In this document: positions 51,420 to 61,513 of the stretch, piece by piece
Layout of the letters: every line of letters starts with the position of its first letter
How positions within the stretch are numbered: the stretch's first letter is position 1
From: Alphaproteobacteria bacterium
GTDB lineage: Bacteria > Pseudomonadota > Alphaproteobacteria > VGEJ01
Direction of reading: 5' to 3'
Assembly (NCBI GenBank): GCA_965248765.1
Contig: CBDFKF010000003.1
Coordinates: 653,777 to 717,776 of the forward strand
Length of the DNA: 64,000 nt
Program-made: the position numbers and the translations under genes
Notes under the pieces: model-generated
The model's input: only the letters and a program-made list of their open reading frames with translations
What the model was told of the DNA's origin: nothing
The model's database searches: none

Positions 51420-53203
51420 CAAGGGTGCGGCAACGTGCGGCGCCGGCGCGCGGCGGTCTCCGCTTGATCGACCTCGAGGCTGTCGGTCGCGACCTCGCCC
51501 GTGACGACGACGCCATAGACCTCGCGTGCCTGTTCGAGCGAGACGATGCGCTCCTCGATGTCGCGCTTGACCCGCGCCGGGTCGCGGGTCATCGGATCGC
51601 CGAAGCCGCCGCCGCCCTGATCGATCGCCCGGATCCACTCGCCCGGCTGCAGCGTCGTGTCAACATAGGCGGGCTGAGACTCCTCGCGGCCATCCGGGAG
51701 CACAAGGAGATTGGCGCCGAGATCGGCGTCGTGCCCGCCATGCACGCCGCGCGGCCGCTGTTCGACGATCCCATTGGTGATGTTGATCATCGTCATGGGA
51801 TCGGCGCGCGGGCCAAACACCACCTCGGTCGCCGGCCCGCCCCGAAAGCGCCCGGCACCCGCGGAACCCTCGATTACGCCGAGCGACCTGACCAGGATCG
51901 GAAAGCGCTGCTCGTCGATTTCCACGCTATCACGATAGAGAAGGCCCATGACCGGCATGAGGATCATCGAGACCATCCCGTCGGTCGTCGCAGTCGCCGG
52001 GCCGCCGCCGCCCATTAGATAGACCTGGCTGATATACGGCGCGCCGCCGCGCCGGGAATCGCGGCCCGAGACCACGCCGGCGCCGGCCGAGTTAACCCAA
52101 TTTCCCTGCGCGATGCCGAGGCCCTCGCCCAGCTTCGCGAAGGCGAGATGAACGAGGTTGATCAGGATATCGATCATCGGCGCCGTGGCGCACGAGCAGC
52201 TATGGGGAAATCGTGGGATGCCGGCGACACTGTTCTCTCGCAGTAGGACCCGGACGTGCCGGAAGGTCCCGGAGTTGTAGGGCACGTCCTCGAGGCAATT
52301 GAACACGCCCTGGGCCGCCGCCATGGTGGCCGTCGCCTCGGTCAGGTTCATGCCGGCCTCGACACAGTCGATATTGTCGCGCAGATCGATGGTGATCTCG
52401 CCGGCCTCGGCGTCGACCTCCAGGGTCACCGTAATCGGGATGCCGTCGGGCAGGAAAGGCTCGACCGGATCGTGTCCTCCGGCGACGGTGACGCGACCGC
52501 TCACCAGCTTCTTGATCGCCGTGACCGTGCGCCGCTCGGTGTAATCGAACCAGGCGTCGACGAAGCGCTGTACCGTCTCCATCCCGTGCGCGGCGATGAA
52601 CGCCTTGAGCCGTTGCTCGCCGATGCGCGCCGCGCTGATCGCTGCCAGGTGATCGCCGTACCATTGCTCGGGTACGCGGATGCGGCGCCGGCACATGCGG
52701 ATGATGTCGTCGACCTCGCGATAGTCGCGCTGCACCTGGACGCATGGGAAGATCAGGGCACCCTCCTCATAGACGTCCTTGGCCGGCGCAAAGTAGGTAG
52801 TCGGCACGCTGTTGCCGATGTCCGCCTGATGGCAGGTCGCGATCACGGTGAAGACGTGGACGCCGTCGTGGAACATTGGCACGAGGACGGCGTGGTCGGC
52901 CGGGTGGGTACCGCCGTCATAGGGATCGTTGTGCAGGAAGGCGTCGCCCTCTTTCGGGTTCGGCTGGAGGCGCGTCAGCGCGCGGGCCTGCAGTGTCGCC
53001 CCGTAGATATGGATTGGCACGCCCTCTGCGGCCGCGACCAGCTCGCCCTCGCGCGTCACGATAGAGCACGACATATCGCGCGCCATGCCGATCACCGAGG
53101 AGCGCGCGGTGCGGACGATCGTGTCCGTCATCTCGCGGACGATCGCTTCCATCCGGTTGGCCATGATCGCGAGCTGGATCGGATCGTAGTCGATTCGGCT
53201 CAT
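51419..53203 (-). CDS. hyuB: HyuB paralog 6 (start at internal Met MSRIDYDPIQ)
   Basis: 594 aa. QGGGGFGDP. Same subfamily as the pseudogene at 4814..6606. Confidence 0.9.
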   Translation of the reverse strand: MSRIDYDPIQLAIMANRMEAIVREMTDTIVRTARSSVIGMARDMSCSIVTREGELVAAAEGVPIHIYGATLQARALTRLQPNPKEGDAFLHNDPYDGGTHPADHAVLVPMFHDGVHVFTVIATCHQADIGNSVPTTYFAPAKDVYEEGALIFPCVQVQRDYREVDDIIRMCRRRIRVPEQWYGDHLAAISAARIGEQRLKAFIAAHGMETVQRFVDAWFDYTERRTVTAIKKLVSGRVTVAGGHDPVEPFLPDGIPITVTLEVDAEAGEITIDLRDNIDCVEAGMNLTEATATMAAAQGVFNCLEDVPYNSGTFRHVRVLLRENSVAGIPRFPHSCSCATAPMIDILINLVHLAFAKLGEGLGIAQGNWVNSAGAGVVSGRDSRRGGAPYISQVYLMGGGGPATATTDGMVSMILMPVMGLLYRDSVEIDEQRFPILVRSLGVIEGSAGAGRFRGGPATEVVFGPRADPMTMINITNGIVEQRPRGVHGGHDADLGANLLVLPDGREESQPAYVDTTLQPGEWIRAIDQGGGGFGDPMTRDPARVKRDIEERIVSLEQAREVYGVVVTGEVATDSLEVDQAETAARRRRTLPHP

Positions 53204-55275
53204 GCGCCAGTCTCGATGAGATAATTGCCGAGCACGGTCCGCGCCGCGCACGCGCCGGGATAGACCACGATGGTCGTGGTGGGTTCCTCAATGATCGCGG
53301 GGCCGGCCACGGTCATCCCGGAGCCAAGGTCGGCGCCGAGATAGATTGGCGTCTCGGCCTCGCCCTGCGGTTCGAAATAGGCCCGCGCGAGACGGTCCGA
53401 ACGCGGAAAGCTCGCGCCACACGAGGTCTCCGGGGCCATGACCGGCTTGTCGCGCAGCGCCGTCAGACGCACCCGCCAATTAATGCATTCAACCACGCCG
53501 CCGACCTCGCGCACCGCGTAGAGCCGCTCGTGGGTCCGGTGGAAGGCCTCGACCAGCGCGGCGAGATCATCCGCCGTTTCGATGCTCGTGCCGATCAAGG
53601 GCACCTCGATCTCCCATTGCTGATTGAGGTAGCGCGCCTCGACGAAGTAGTCGGTGCGCTGGTCGGTCACGCCGCGCGCCCGAAGCCCCGCCCCAAAGGC
53701 CTCACCCTGGGCGCGAAGCTGCCGCAGCACCGTGGCCACGGCTTCATAGTCGAAATCGGCCGAGTGGGCGTACTGGCTGGCGGAATACTCGGTGACAATG
53801 TCGGAATATTGCGCGCCGCACGCGCTCAGACCGCCTGCGGTGCGCGGCAGCAACACGCGGGCGCAGCCGAGCGCGCGAGCGATCGGCACGATCGTTAGGC
53901 CGGCCGCGCCGCCGCCGGCGACCAAAACGCTCTCGCGTGGATCCACGCCGTCGTTGACCGTGATCGCCTCTATCGCCTCGATCATCAGCTCGCCCGCGAG
54001 CAGCAGAATGCCGGACGCCGTCTCCTCGACGGTCTTGCCCATGGCGTCCGCGAGCGAAACGATGGCCCGGCCCGCGGCCGCAACGTCGAGCGGCATGCGC
54101 CCGCCGAGGAAATGTGCCGCATCAATGTAGCCGAGCACCAGAGCGGCGTCGGTCACCGTCGGCGCCGCGCCGCCCCGGCCGTAGGCCGCAGGCCCCGGCA
54201 CCGCCCCCGCCGATTGCGGTCCGACGCGCAACATGCCGCCCGAATCGAGCCAGGCGATCGAGCCGCCGCCCGAGCCGACGCTCCTGACGTCCACGGTTGC
54301 CATGCCGAGATTGTGCCCGACCCACTCCCCGAGCAGCCAGCTCTCGCGCGTGTACTTGACGAGCCCGGCGCGCACCAGGCTCACGTCGAAGGTGGTGCCG
54401 CCGGTATCGACGACGATGATGTCGCCGCCGAGCCCCTCGGCTTCGGCATAGGCCTTGCCAGCGACGGGCGCCATCGCCGGCCCTGACTTCACGGTATAGA
54501 CCGGCCGGGCGATCGCGTCGGCCGCGTGCAGCAGGCCGCCGGACGACACGCTCACCATCATCTCGCCCGAGAAACCGCCGGCGGCTAGATCGTCATGCAG
54601 CGTGCGCAGGTGCGCCTGCATCAGCGGTTTCAGCGAAGCATCGATCGTGGTTGAGGAGGCGCGCGGATACTCCCTGACCACGGGGTTGAGCGCGGATGAG
54701 AGGGTGTAGGGGATGTCCGGCAGAAGCGCTTCGATCAGCGCGCCGACGCGCCGCTCGTGCGCGTCGTTGACGATCGACCAGAGCAGACAGACCGCGATCG
54801 TTTCGATCCCCATCGCCGGCAAGTCGCGCAAGACGGCGCGCACGGCTTGCTCGTCGAGCGCGCGTTCGATCCCGCCCTCGGCGTTGATGCGTTCTGGGAC
54901 CTCGAACGTAAGCCGCCGCGGCACGTAGGGTGGCGGATTCTCCACATCGACCCGAAACGGATGATGCTTGCCGCCCTGCCTATAGAGCAGGATGTTGGGA
55001 AAGCCTTCCGTCGTGAGAAAGGCTGTCTTGGCGACTTTGCCCTCGACGATCGCATTGGCCGCCCGCGTCGTCGCGTAGATCAGAATGCCGGCCTCGCGCA
55101 GGAGGTCGTCGGGATCGCGCCGCAGTTCCGCTGCGGCATTGGCAAGCGCCGCGTACAACCCCTCGAAAGAGCGCTCGGGCGTGGTCAGCGCCTTGCCGAG
55201 GATGAGTCGGTCGTCGGCATCAGCCACGACAACGTCCGTGAAGGTCCCGCCGACATCGACAGCTATGCGAAGCAT
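53200..55275 (-). CDS. hyuA: HyuA 3
   Basis: 691 aa. MLRIAVDVGGTFTDVV... VDTGGTTFDVSL. Stop overlaps the hyuB start (ATGA). Confidence 0.9.
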   Translation of the reverse strand: MLRIAVDVGGTFTDVVVADADDRLILGKALTTPERSFEGLYAALANAAAELRRDPDDLLREAGILIYATTRAANAIVEGKVAKTAFLTTEGFPNILLYRQGGKHHPFRVDVENPPPYVPRRLTFEVPERINAEGGIERALDEQAVRAVLRDLPAMGIETIAVCLLWSIVNDAHERRVGALIEALLPDIPYTLSSALNPVVREYPRASSTTIDASLKPLMQAHLRTLHDDLAAGGFSGEMMVSVSSGGLLHAADAIARPVYTVKSGPAMAPVAGKAYAEAEGLGGDIIVVDTGGTTFDVSLVRAGLVKYTRESWLLGEWVGHNLGMATVDVRSVGSGGGSIAWLDSGGMLRVGPQSAGAVPGPAAYGRGGAAPTVTDAALVLGYIDAAHFLGGRMPLDVAAAGRAIVSLADAMGKTVEETASGILLLAGELMIEAIEAITVNDGVDPRESVLVAGGGAAGLTIVPIARALGCARVLLPRTAGGLSACGAQYSDIVTEYSASQYAHSADFDYEAVATVLRQLRAQGEAFGAGLRARGVTDQRTDYFVEARYLNQQWEIEVPLIGTSIETADDLAALVEAFHRTHERLYAVREVGGVVECINWRVRLTALRDKPVMAPETSCGASFPRSDRLARAYFEPQGEAETPIYLGADLGSGMTVAGPAIIEEPTTTIVVYPGACAARTVLGNYLIETGA

Positions 55276-55341
55276 GCGGGGCTCCCCCAGTTCCTTGGGG
55301 CAGTCTAGCGTCCCGTGCGGGAAACACTAAGATTGTGTCGG

Positions 55342-57186
55342 ATGCTGCCACCCGGAAAATATCGTGAAGAAAAACGACAGGTCTTGAAGGAGATCTTCGG
55401 TTTCGACGATTTCCGTCCCGGGCAGGAGCAGGCGGTGGATGCACTGCTGGCTGGGCGAAACGTGCTGGCAGTCATGCCAACGGGGTCTGGCAAGTCGCTC
55501 TGCTTTCAGGTGCCGGCGCTGGTCGGCGGCGGGATCACCATCGTCGTCTCGCCGCTGGTGGCTCTCATGCACGATCAGGTGGCGGCGTTGCGTCTCGCCG
55601 AGGTCGCTGCGGATACCATTAACTCTTCACGCGGCCGGGACGACAACGTTGCGGCATGGCGGCGCACCACCTCCGGCGAGTTGCGGCTTCTCTATATGTC
55701 GCCCGAGCGGTTGATGACCGAACAGATGTTGGCGGCGCTGAGCCGGCTCGACGTCCGCCTGATCGCGATCGATGAGGCCCACTGCATTTCGCAATGGGGT
55801 CCCGCGTTCCGCCCGGAATACCAAGACCTCTCACGCCTGCGGGGGATCTTCCCCGGTATTCCCATCGCCGCCCTGACGGCAACAGCCGACGAGGTCACCC
55901 GCGAGGACATCGCGGCGCAGCTATTCGCGGGCCATGCCGAGACGATCGTCCTCGGCTTCGACCGCCCGAACATCAAGCTTGCGGTGGAGATGAAGCGCGA
56001 CTGGAGATCCCAGATGCTCTCGTTCGTCCAACGGCATAGCGGCGAGAGCGGAATCGTCTATTGCCTGTCGCGGAAAAAAACCGAGGAAACCGCCGCCTTG
56101 CTCAGCGAGAAAGGGGTCTTGGCCCTGCCGTATCACGCCGGTATGGACAAGGCGGCGCGCGATACCAACCAGAACGCCTTCATGACCGAGCCAGGCGTCG
56201 TGATCGTGGCGACGATCGCCTTCGGCATGGGGATCGACAAGTCCGACGTCCGCTTCGTCTTCCACGCCGACCTGCCCGCCAGTATCGAGGCGTATTACCA
56301 GGAGATCGGCCGCGCCGGCCGCGACGACCAACCGGCCGAGGCGCACATGCTGTTCGGGCTGGGCGACATCCGCATGCGGCGGATGTTCATCGAGCAGGAA
56401 GAGGCGGGCGTAGAGCGCAAGCGTCGCGAGCATCGGCGTCTCGACGCTCTGCTCGGCTATTGCGAGTCCCCGGCCTGCCGCCGCCGCGCCCTGCTCGCCT
56501 ATTTCGGGGAAAGGATCGAGCCGTGCGGGAACTGCGACGTCTGCCTCGACCCCGTCGAGATCGTGGACGGCACGCAAGAGGGGCAATGGGCTCTCTCGGC
56601 GGTTGATCGGACCGGGCAACGCTTCGGTGCCGCCCACATCATCGATGTCTTGCGGGGATCGCTGACAGAGAAGGTCGTCAAGGCCGGGCACGACCGCCTG
56701 GCCACCTTCGGTGCCGGCGCCGAACACAAGAAGGAGGGGTGGCGCTCCCTGATCCGCCAGCTTGTGGCCGCGGAATTTCTCCGCCTCGATGTGCAAGACT
56801 TTGGCGGCCTCGCGATCACCGACAAGGGCTGGATGCTATTGCAGGGAGAGGCGAGCTTCCTTTGTCGCCAGGAGACCATGCGCCCCGCTCCGCCCGCCCG
56901 CCGCAAGGCCCGAAGCGCGGAGGCCGCGGCGGAGCTGTCCCCGGCCCAGAGCGTGCTGTTTGGCAGGCTCAAGGAATTGCGCCTGCGCCTCGCCAGCGAG
57001 CGCGGCGTGCCGGCCTATGTCGTCTTTTCAGACCGATCGCTCGCCGACATGGCCCGGCGGCGTCCGCGCAACGCCGCCGAATTTGCCGCCGTCAACGGGG
57101 TCGGCGCGGCCAAACTGAGGGATTTCGCATCGCCTTTCCTGGAGGCCATCGCCGCCGCCTCGGAGGGGCCGGCGGTTGACGAGTAG
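55342..57186 (+). CDS. recQ: ATP-dependent DNA helicase RecQ (start at 55315 or 55342)
   Basis: FGFDDFRPGQEQAVDALLAGRNVLAVMPTGSGKSLCFQ, DEAH box (IAIDEAHCISQWG), zinc-binding Cys cluster (CRRRALLAYFGE...CGNCDVC). C-terminal HRDC-like region. Confidence 0.9.
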   Translation: MLPPGKYREEKRQVLKEIFGFDDFRPGQEQAVDALLAGRNVLAVMPTGSGKSLCFQVPALVGGGITIVVSPLVALMHDQVAALRLAEVAADTINSSRGRDDNVAAWRRTTSGELRLLYMSPERLMTEQMLAALSRLDVRLIAIDEAHCISQWGPAFRPEYQDLSRLRGIFPGIPIAALTATADEVTREDIAAQLFAGHAETIVLGFDRPNIKLAVEMKRDWRSQMLSFVQRHSGESGIVYCLSRKKTEETAALLSEKGVLALPYHAGMDKAARDTNQNAFMTEPGVVIVATIAFGMGIDKSDVRFVFHADLPASIEAYYQEIGRAGRDDQPAEAHMLFGLGDIRMRRMFIEQEEAGVERKRREHRRLDALLGYCESPACRRRALLAYFGERIEPCGNCDVCLDPVEIVDGTQEGQWALSAVDRTGQRFGAAHIIDVLRGSLTEKVVKAGHDRLATFGAGAEHKKEGWRSLIRQLVAAEFLRLDVQDFGGLAITDKGWMLLQGEASFLCRQETMRPAPPARRKARSAEAAAELSPAQSVLFGRLKELRLRLASERGVPAYVVFSDRSLADMARRRPRNAAEFAAVNGVGAAKLRDFASPFLEAIAAASEGPAVDE

Positions 57187-57275
57187 CGCACGTGTCCTGG
57201 AGGGCCGCCCACGGCATGCGCCAACTCATCGGTCAGGTCGGTTAGCCCTCGCGGCAGTCGCGCTCGACGACCCCG

Positions 57276-57548
57276 TCAACCGGTGACGATGTCGTTAAGG
57301 AACGGATCACCGGGCAAAGCAGTCTCGGTATCGAGCAACGCACCGCAGCCCGGACAGAAAAAGCGTCGCAGCAAGACCTGCTCACCCGCCGCGTAGCTCT
57401 CGCCGGCCGCCCCCCGCATCGGGCCCTCCTCCACGTGCGCGCCGGGCTTCCACGGCTCGCCCGCGCCGCCGAGCCTATGCTCGCAACCCGCGCACCGAAC
57501 CTCCGGGCCCGATGCGGCATCGCGGACTATGAGTGCAGTGTCGGCCAC
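57276..57548 (-). CDS. small Cys-rich zinc-ribbon protein resembling the acetone-carboxylase gamma subunit (C-terminal half)
   Basis: 90 aa. Two Cys pairs: VRCAGCEH and RRFFCPGCGALLDTETALPGDP. The second resembles AcxC REYFCPECGTLHDVEAP as recalled from memory. Lies 13 bp downstream of the preceding HyuB-like gene. Confidence 0.55.
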   Translation of the reverse strand: MADTALIVRDAASGPEVRCAGCEHRLGGAGEPWKPGAHVEEGPMRGAAGESYAAGEQVLLRRFFCPGCGALLDTETALPGDPFLNDIVTG

Positions 57549-57563
57549 ACGACGGCGTTGGGC

Positions 57564-59402
57564 CTACTCGGCCGCTGTGGCAGCGAGGCGGCTGGCTCTA
57601 ACCCGCTCGCGCGCCCTCTCGGTAGCCTTTTGGTCGACATCGCCAGATGGTCCTTCGAGAACCACGCCGTAGACCTGACGAGCGACCGCCTCTGAGACCA
57701 CGCCGCTTGAGCAATCCTCGCGTACGGCATCCGCTTCACGCTCGAGCGGGTCGCCATAGCCGCCGCCGCCGTTCCAGCGGTAGTAGAGCGCGTCCTCGCC
57801 CGCGAGCGGATAGACTCCCCACGCTACCGATTGCTGCTCACCGGCCATGTCCTCGAGCGCTTGGGTGAACGGGTTGACGTTGCGGCCGGCCTCCGAGGCC
57901 TCATTGTTGTGGACCCAGACATAGCTGTTGGGCGCACCCGGATAGCCACCGGCGAGCCCATCGCTCATCGGGAATTGCGAGCCCTTGCCGGAGATGACGA
58001 AGCGCAGGCCGTCATCCGGCGAATCGTGGGGCACGACCGCAATCTCGCCGCCGGTGCCGCCGCGATACCGGCCCGGCCCGCCCGAGTCTTTCATGCGTCG
58101 ACGAAAGAGGTAGCGCACCGGAAACATCGCTTCGGTGGTCTCGACGTTGGCCATTCGCGTGATCGGGTTGGGCAGCTCACCGCCGACGTCGATCCCGTCG
58201 GCGAACGATCGGGCGCCGCCAGAGCCGGCAAAGGTCTCGGTCATCATGCCGATCGATTCGCTCCCTTTCTGGTTGCGTCCAAAGAGGAAGAGAGCGACGT
58301 GGTTGGCATGCCAGACGGCGCTTGTTTCGTGGCGATATTTGTCGCTGGCAGCAAGCATCTTGCCGATCGTCGTCACCGCCAGGTTGTTGACCGACTGGAT
58401 GGTGCCGACCGTTGCCGCCGAGACCGGCGCGGGCCGCCGGCAGTTCACGATGCTGCCCTCAGGCGCAATCATTTCGACCGGCCGCGTCAGCCCCTCATTC
58501 CAAGTGATGTCGTAGCAGAGCATCGGAAACAGCGGCGCGAAGATGCCGCCCCACGAGGCGAGACGGGTGCAGTTGAGACCATAGGGTGTTTCGGGGCTCG
58601 AGCCGGTGAGATCAAAAGTAAGTGAGTCTTCGGTCTTGGTCATTGCCATGTTCACACGGTAGACCTCGTCCTTGGCCTCCATGTACTGGCGCGCCTCCCA
58701 GCGTCCGTCCGGCAACTCCCGCAAGCGCCGCCGCAACAGCGCCTCCGATTGATCGATCAGCGTCCGGCCCGCTTCATCGACGGCCGCCGCTCCGTACTTG
58801 TCGATCAGCGCCAGCATGCGGTCCTTGGCAACGTTGTTGCAGGCGATCATGGAGGCGAGGTCAAGCGCGACCATCTCGGGCGAGCGCACCATGTTGAGGA
58901 TCGTATCCATGACGTCCTCGCGCATCTCGCCGCGATCGATCAGCTTGATACCCGGCGAGCTGAAGCCCTCGGTGTAGATGTCCTCGGAATCCGGGCTGAA
59001 GCCACCCGGCGCCAGAGCGCCGATATCGTAGACATGGACGAATGAGGCGCTGAAGCAGACCAGCTGGCCGTCGTAGTGAATCGGCGAAACCAAATAGATG
59101 TCGGAGGTATGAAGCGCGGCTGTGTAGGGGTCATTCAGCAGGAACACATCGCCTTCGTTGATCTTGCCGTCGAAGCGGAGCAGCACGGCCTTGCAGGCCT
59201 CGGCGGCGGCCGTCAGGTGATGGAGGTAGCCGACACCCCCCATCAATAGGGTGCCATCAGTGCGATAGAGCGAGACCATAAGGTCGTGCCCCTCGTTGGT
59301 GATGGCACTGCCCGAGACGTGCTTTAGCGTAATCACCGCCTCCTCGATGATGCGATAGAGGCGGTGGCGAATGATCGAGAAGGTGATGGGGTCCACGGTC
59401 AC
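57564..59402 (-). CDS. HyuB-like protein 7 (divergent subfamily; acetone-carboxylase-alpha-like position in operon)
   Basis: 612 aa. MTVDPITFSIIRHRLYRII... LLNDPYTAALHTSD... NGGGGYGDP. Confidence 0.85.
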   Translation of the reverse strand: MTVDPITFSIIRHRLYRIIEEAVITLKHVSGSAITNEGHDLMVSLYRTDGTLLMGGVGYLHHLTAAAEACKAVLLRFDGKINEGDVFLLNDPYTAALHTSDIYLVSPIHYDGQLVCFSASFVHVYDIGALAPGGFSPDSEDIYTEGFSSPGIKLIDRGEMREDVMDTILNMVRSPEMVALDLASMIACNNVAKDRMLALIDKYGAAAVDEAGRTLIDQSEALLRRRLRELPDGRWEARQYMEAKDEVYRVNMAMTKTEDSLTFDLTGSSPETPYGLNCTRLASWGGIFAPLFPMLCYDITWNEGLTRPVEMIAPEGSIVNCRRPAPVSAATVGTIQSVNNLAVTTIGKMLAASDKYRHETSAVWHANHVALFLFGRNQKGSESIGMMTETFAGSGGARSFADGIDVGGELPNPITRMANVETTEAMFPVRYLFRRRMKDSGGPGRYRGGTGGEIAVVPHDSPDDGLRFVISGKGSQFPMSDGLAGGYPGAPNSYVWVHNNEASEAGRNVNPFTQALEDMAGEQQSVAWGVYPLAGEDALYYRWNGGGGYGDPLEREADAVREDCSSGVVSEAVARQVYGVVLEGPSGDVDQKATERARERVRASRLAATAAE

Positions 59403-59403
59403 C

Positions 59404-61512
59404 TCACGAGAATTCGATCACCATGTTGCGATGTGCATCCATCTGACCGTGCTGGTGATCCTGCACGACGATGGTGGTGATCGGGGTGTGAATAACGGCA
59501 GGGCCGGCGACAACGTTGCCTGGTTCCAGCCGCTCGAAATCGTAGATCTCGGCAGGCGCAAGTCCGCCGCGTGCTTCGACGAAAATCTCGCGCCGACCAA
59601 TGCTCGCGCGCTTGGGATCGGCGCCCCCGAGCGGCAGCGGCTCGAGCTCGGGACGGTCCATCAATCCGCGCGCGGTCAACCGGAACATGGTCATTTCCAT
59701 GCCAGCGCCGCGATAAGCCGAGCCCTTGCCGAACTTGCGCTGATAGAGCGCCTCGAAGTCGTCGATGAGCTTTTCGAGCCCCTTTGAATCGAGCGGCGTC
59801 GCGGCCCGCACGGGCGTCGTCACCTCATGCACTTGTTTGCCGTACCGGAGATCGACCGACCAATCGAGCCGTATGCGGTCAGTCGGAAACCCCTCCTCTT
59901 TGAGCTGCTCAAGGGCAACCGTCCGCATCGGGGCGTAAATCTCATTCAACTCGTCGGCCGGAGAAGGCACAGGCAGTGTCTTGGTGACGGAATACTCGTG
60001 AACGATATCCGCTGAAACCAGGCCGAAGGCGCTATACACCGCGGCCGAGTACGGAACGATCACCCGTTTCACGTTTAGTTCGGCACCGAAGGTCCCGCAC
60101 AGCAAGGGGCAGGTGCCGCCGAAGGCGTGCAGCACAAAATCGCGCGGATCAAGACCGCGCTCGACCGTGATCTCGTGAATCAGGTCGGCGATCTGAGCGG
60201 CTGCAACGCGGTAGATGCCGAACGCGGCCTCGTCCACCTCCATGCCAAGCGGCCCGGCGATGCGCTCGGCAAACGCGGCCGCCGCCGCCGCGCGGTCGAG
60301 GGTGATCGTGCCGCCGAGAAAGGTGGCTGGGTCCATGTACCCCACCAGCAACAATACATCGGTCAGCGTCGGCTCGACACCGCCGCGCCCATAGCAAACC
60401 GGTCCAGGACTGGCGCTGGCACTCTGCGGTCCGACCCGGGGTATGTTGGTGTGGGGGTCCAGAGCAACGATGCTGCCGCCGCCGGCGCCGATCGAAACCA
60501 CCTCGATCTTGGGAGCGATGTAGTGATACCGCGCAACCATCGGCTCGCGCGCGTACTCCATCTCGCCGCCCTGGATGACCCCGACCTTGAAGGTTGTGCC
60601 GCCCATGTCGGCGGCGATGATATCGCGATCGCCCATTTGGTCGCCGAGGAACTGACTGCCGATAACCCCGGCGGCCGGGCCACTCTCGATCATGCCGACC
60701 GCCCGGTCCGCGGCTTCCACCGCCGGCAGCAGACCGCCGTAGCCCTGCATCACGAGAAGCGGGCCTTTGTACCCTTCGGCCGCCAACAGCTCGCCGAGAT
60801 CGGTCAGATAATCGCGCGAGATGCGCCCGGCGTAGGCGTTGATGACCGTCGTCGAGGTCCGCTCGTACTCGCCGGGGACTGGCGCGATATCGCTCGACAG
60901 CGTGACATAGGCATCGGGCGCTAGACGGCCAACGATCTCGCGCACGGCGTGTTCGTGGGCCGTATTGTAGAAGGACCACAAAAAGCACACGGCGATGGCA
61001 TCGACACCCTTCGACTCGACCAGATGGCTGACCGCGGCCTCGACAGCCGGCACGTCAAGCTCCTTGAGCACCGCCCCCTTGTAGTCGACCCGCTCCGGGA
61101 CACCGCGAATACACCCGGTCTCGACCAGCGGTGGCGGGCGCTCGGTGGCGATCGGATGTTTGACACGATCCTCGGATAGGCCTGCCCAGCGGCCGTAGGC
61201 GCCCCGCGTGATCAAGAGGGTATCCTCGAACCCTTCGGTAGTAATCAGGCCGGTCTTGGCGCCTTCGCGCGTCAGGATCGCGTTGTCGACGACCGTCGAG
61301 CCGTGCGCGAAGAGAGAGGTGCGGGCGAGCACTTCGGCCAGCGTCGTTCCCATCGAGTCGGCCGCCGAGACGATCGAGTCGATGACGCCCTGGGCGAAAT
61401 TAGGCGGTGTGGAGAGCGCCTTACCGACGTGAAGCGGCTGGCCTGCGGCGAAGACGATAGTGTCGGTGCAGGTGCCGCCGACGTCGGTCGAGACGATAAA
61501 CGGTGATGCCAC
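59404..61512 (-). CDS. HyuA-like protein 4 (GTG start 1 nt after the upstream stop; the ORF-track start at 61638 overlaps the upstream gene)
   Basis: About 703 aa. VASPFIVSTDVGGTCTDTIV... ADMGGTTFKVGVI. Its stop is followed 1 nt later by the next start. Confidence 0.85.
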   Translation of the reverse strand: MASPFIVSTDVGGTCTDTIVFAAGQPLHVGKALSTPPNFAQGVIDSIVSAADSMGTTLAEVLARTSLFAHGSTVVDNAILTREGAKTGLITTEGFEDTLLITRGAYGRWAGLSEDRVKHPIATERPPPLVETGCIRGVPERVDYKGAVLKELDVPAVEAAVSHLVESKGVDAIAVCFLWSFYNTAHEHAVREIVGRLAPDAYVTLSSDIAPVPGEYERTSTTVINAYAGRISRDYLTDLGELLAAEGYKGPLLVMQGYGGLLPAVEAADRAVGMIESGPAAGVIGSQFLGDQMGDRDIIAADMGGTTFKVGVIQGGEMEYAREPMVARYHYIAPKIEVVSIGAGGGSIVALDPHTNIPRVGPQSASASPGPVCYGRGGVEPTLTDVLLLVGYMDPATFLGGTITLDRAAAAAAFAERIAGPLGMEVDEAAFGIYRVAAAQIADLIHEITVERGLDPRDFVLHAFGGTCPLLCGTFGAELNVKRVIVPYSAAVYSAFGLVSADIVHEYSVTKTLPVPSPADELNEIYAPMRTVALEQLKEEGFPTDRIRLDWSVDLRYGKQVHEVTTPVRAATPLDSKGLEKLIDDFEALYQRKFGKGSAYRGAGMEMTMFRLTARGLMDRPELEPLPLGGADPKRASIGRREIFVEARGGLAPAEIYDFERLEPGNVVAGPAVIHTPITTIVVQDHQHGQMDAHRNMVIEFS

Positions 61513-61513
61513 C

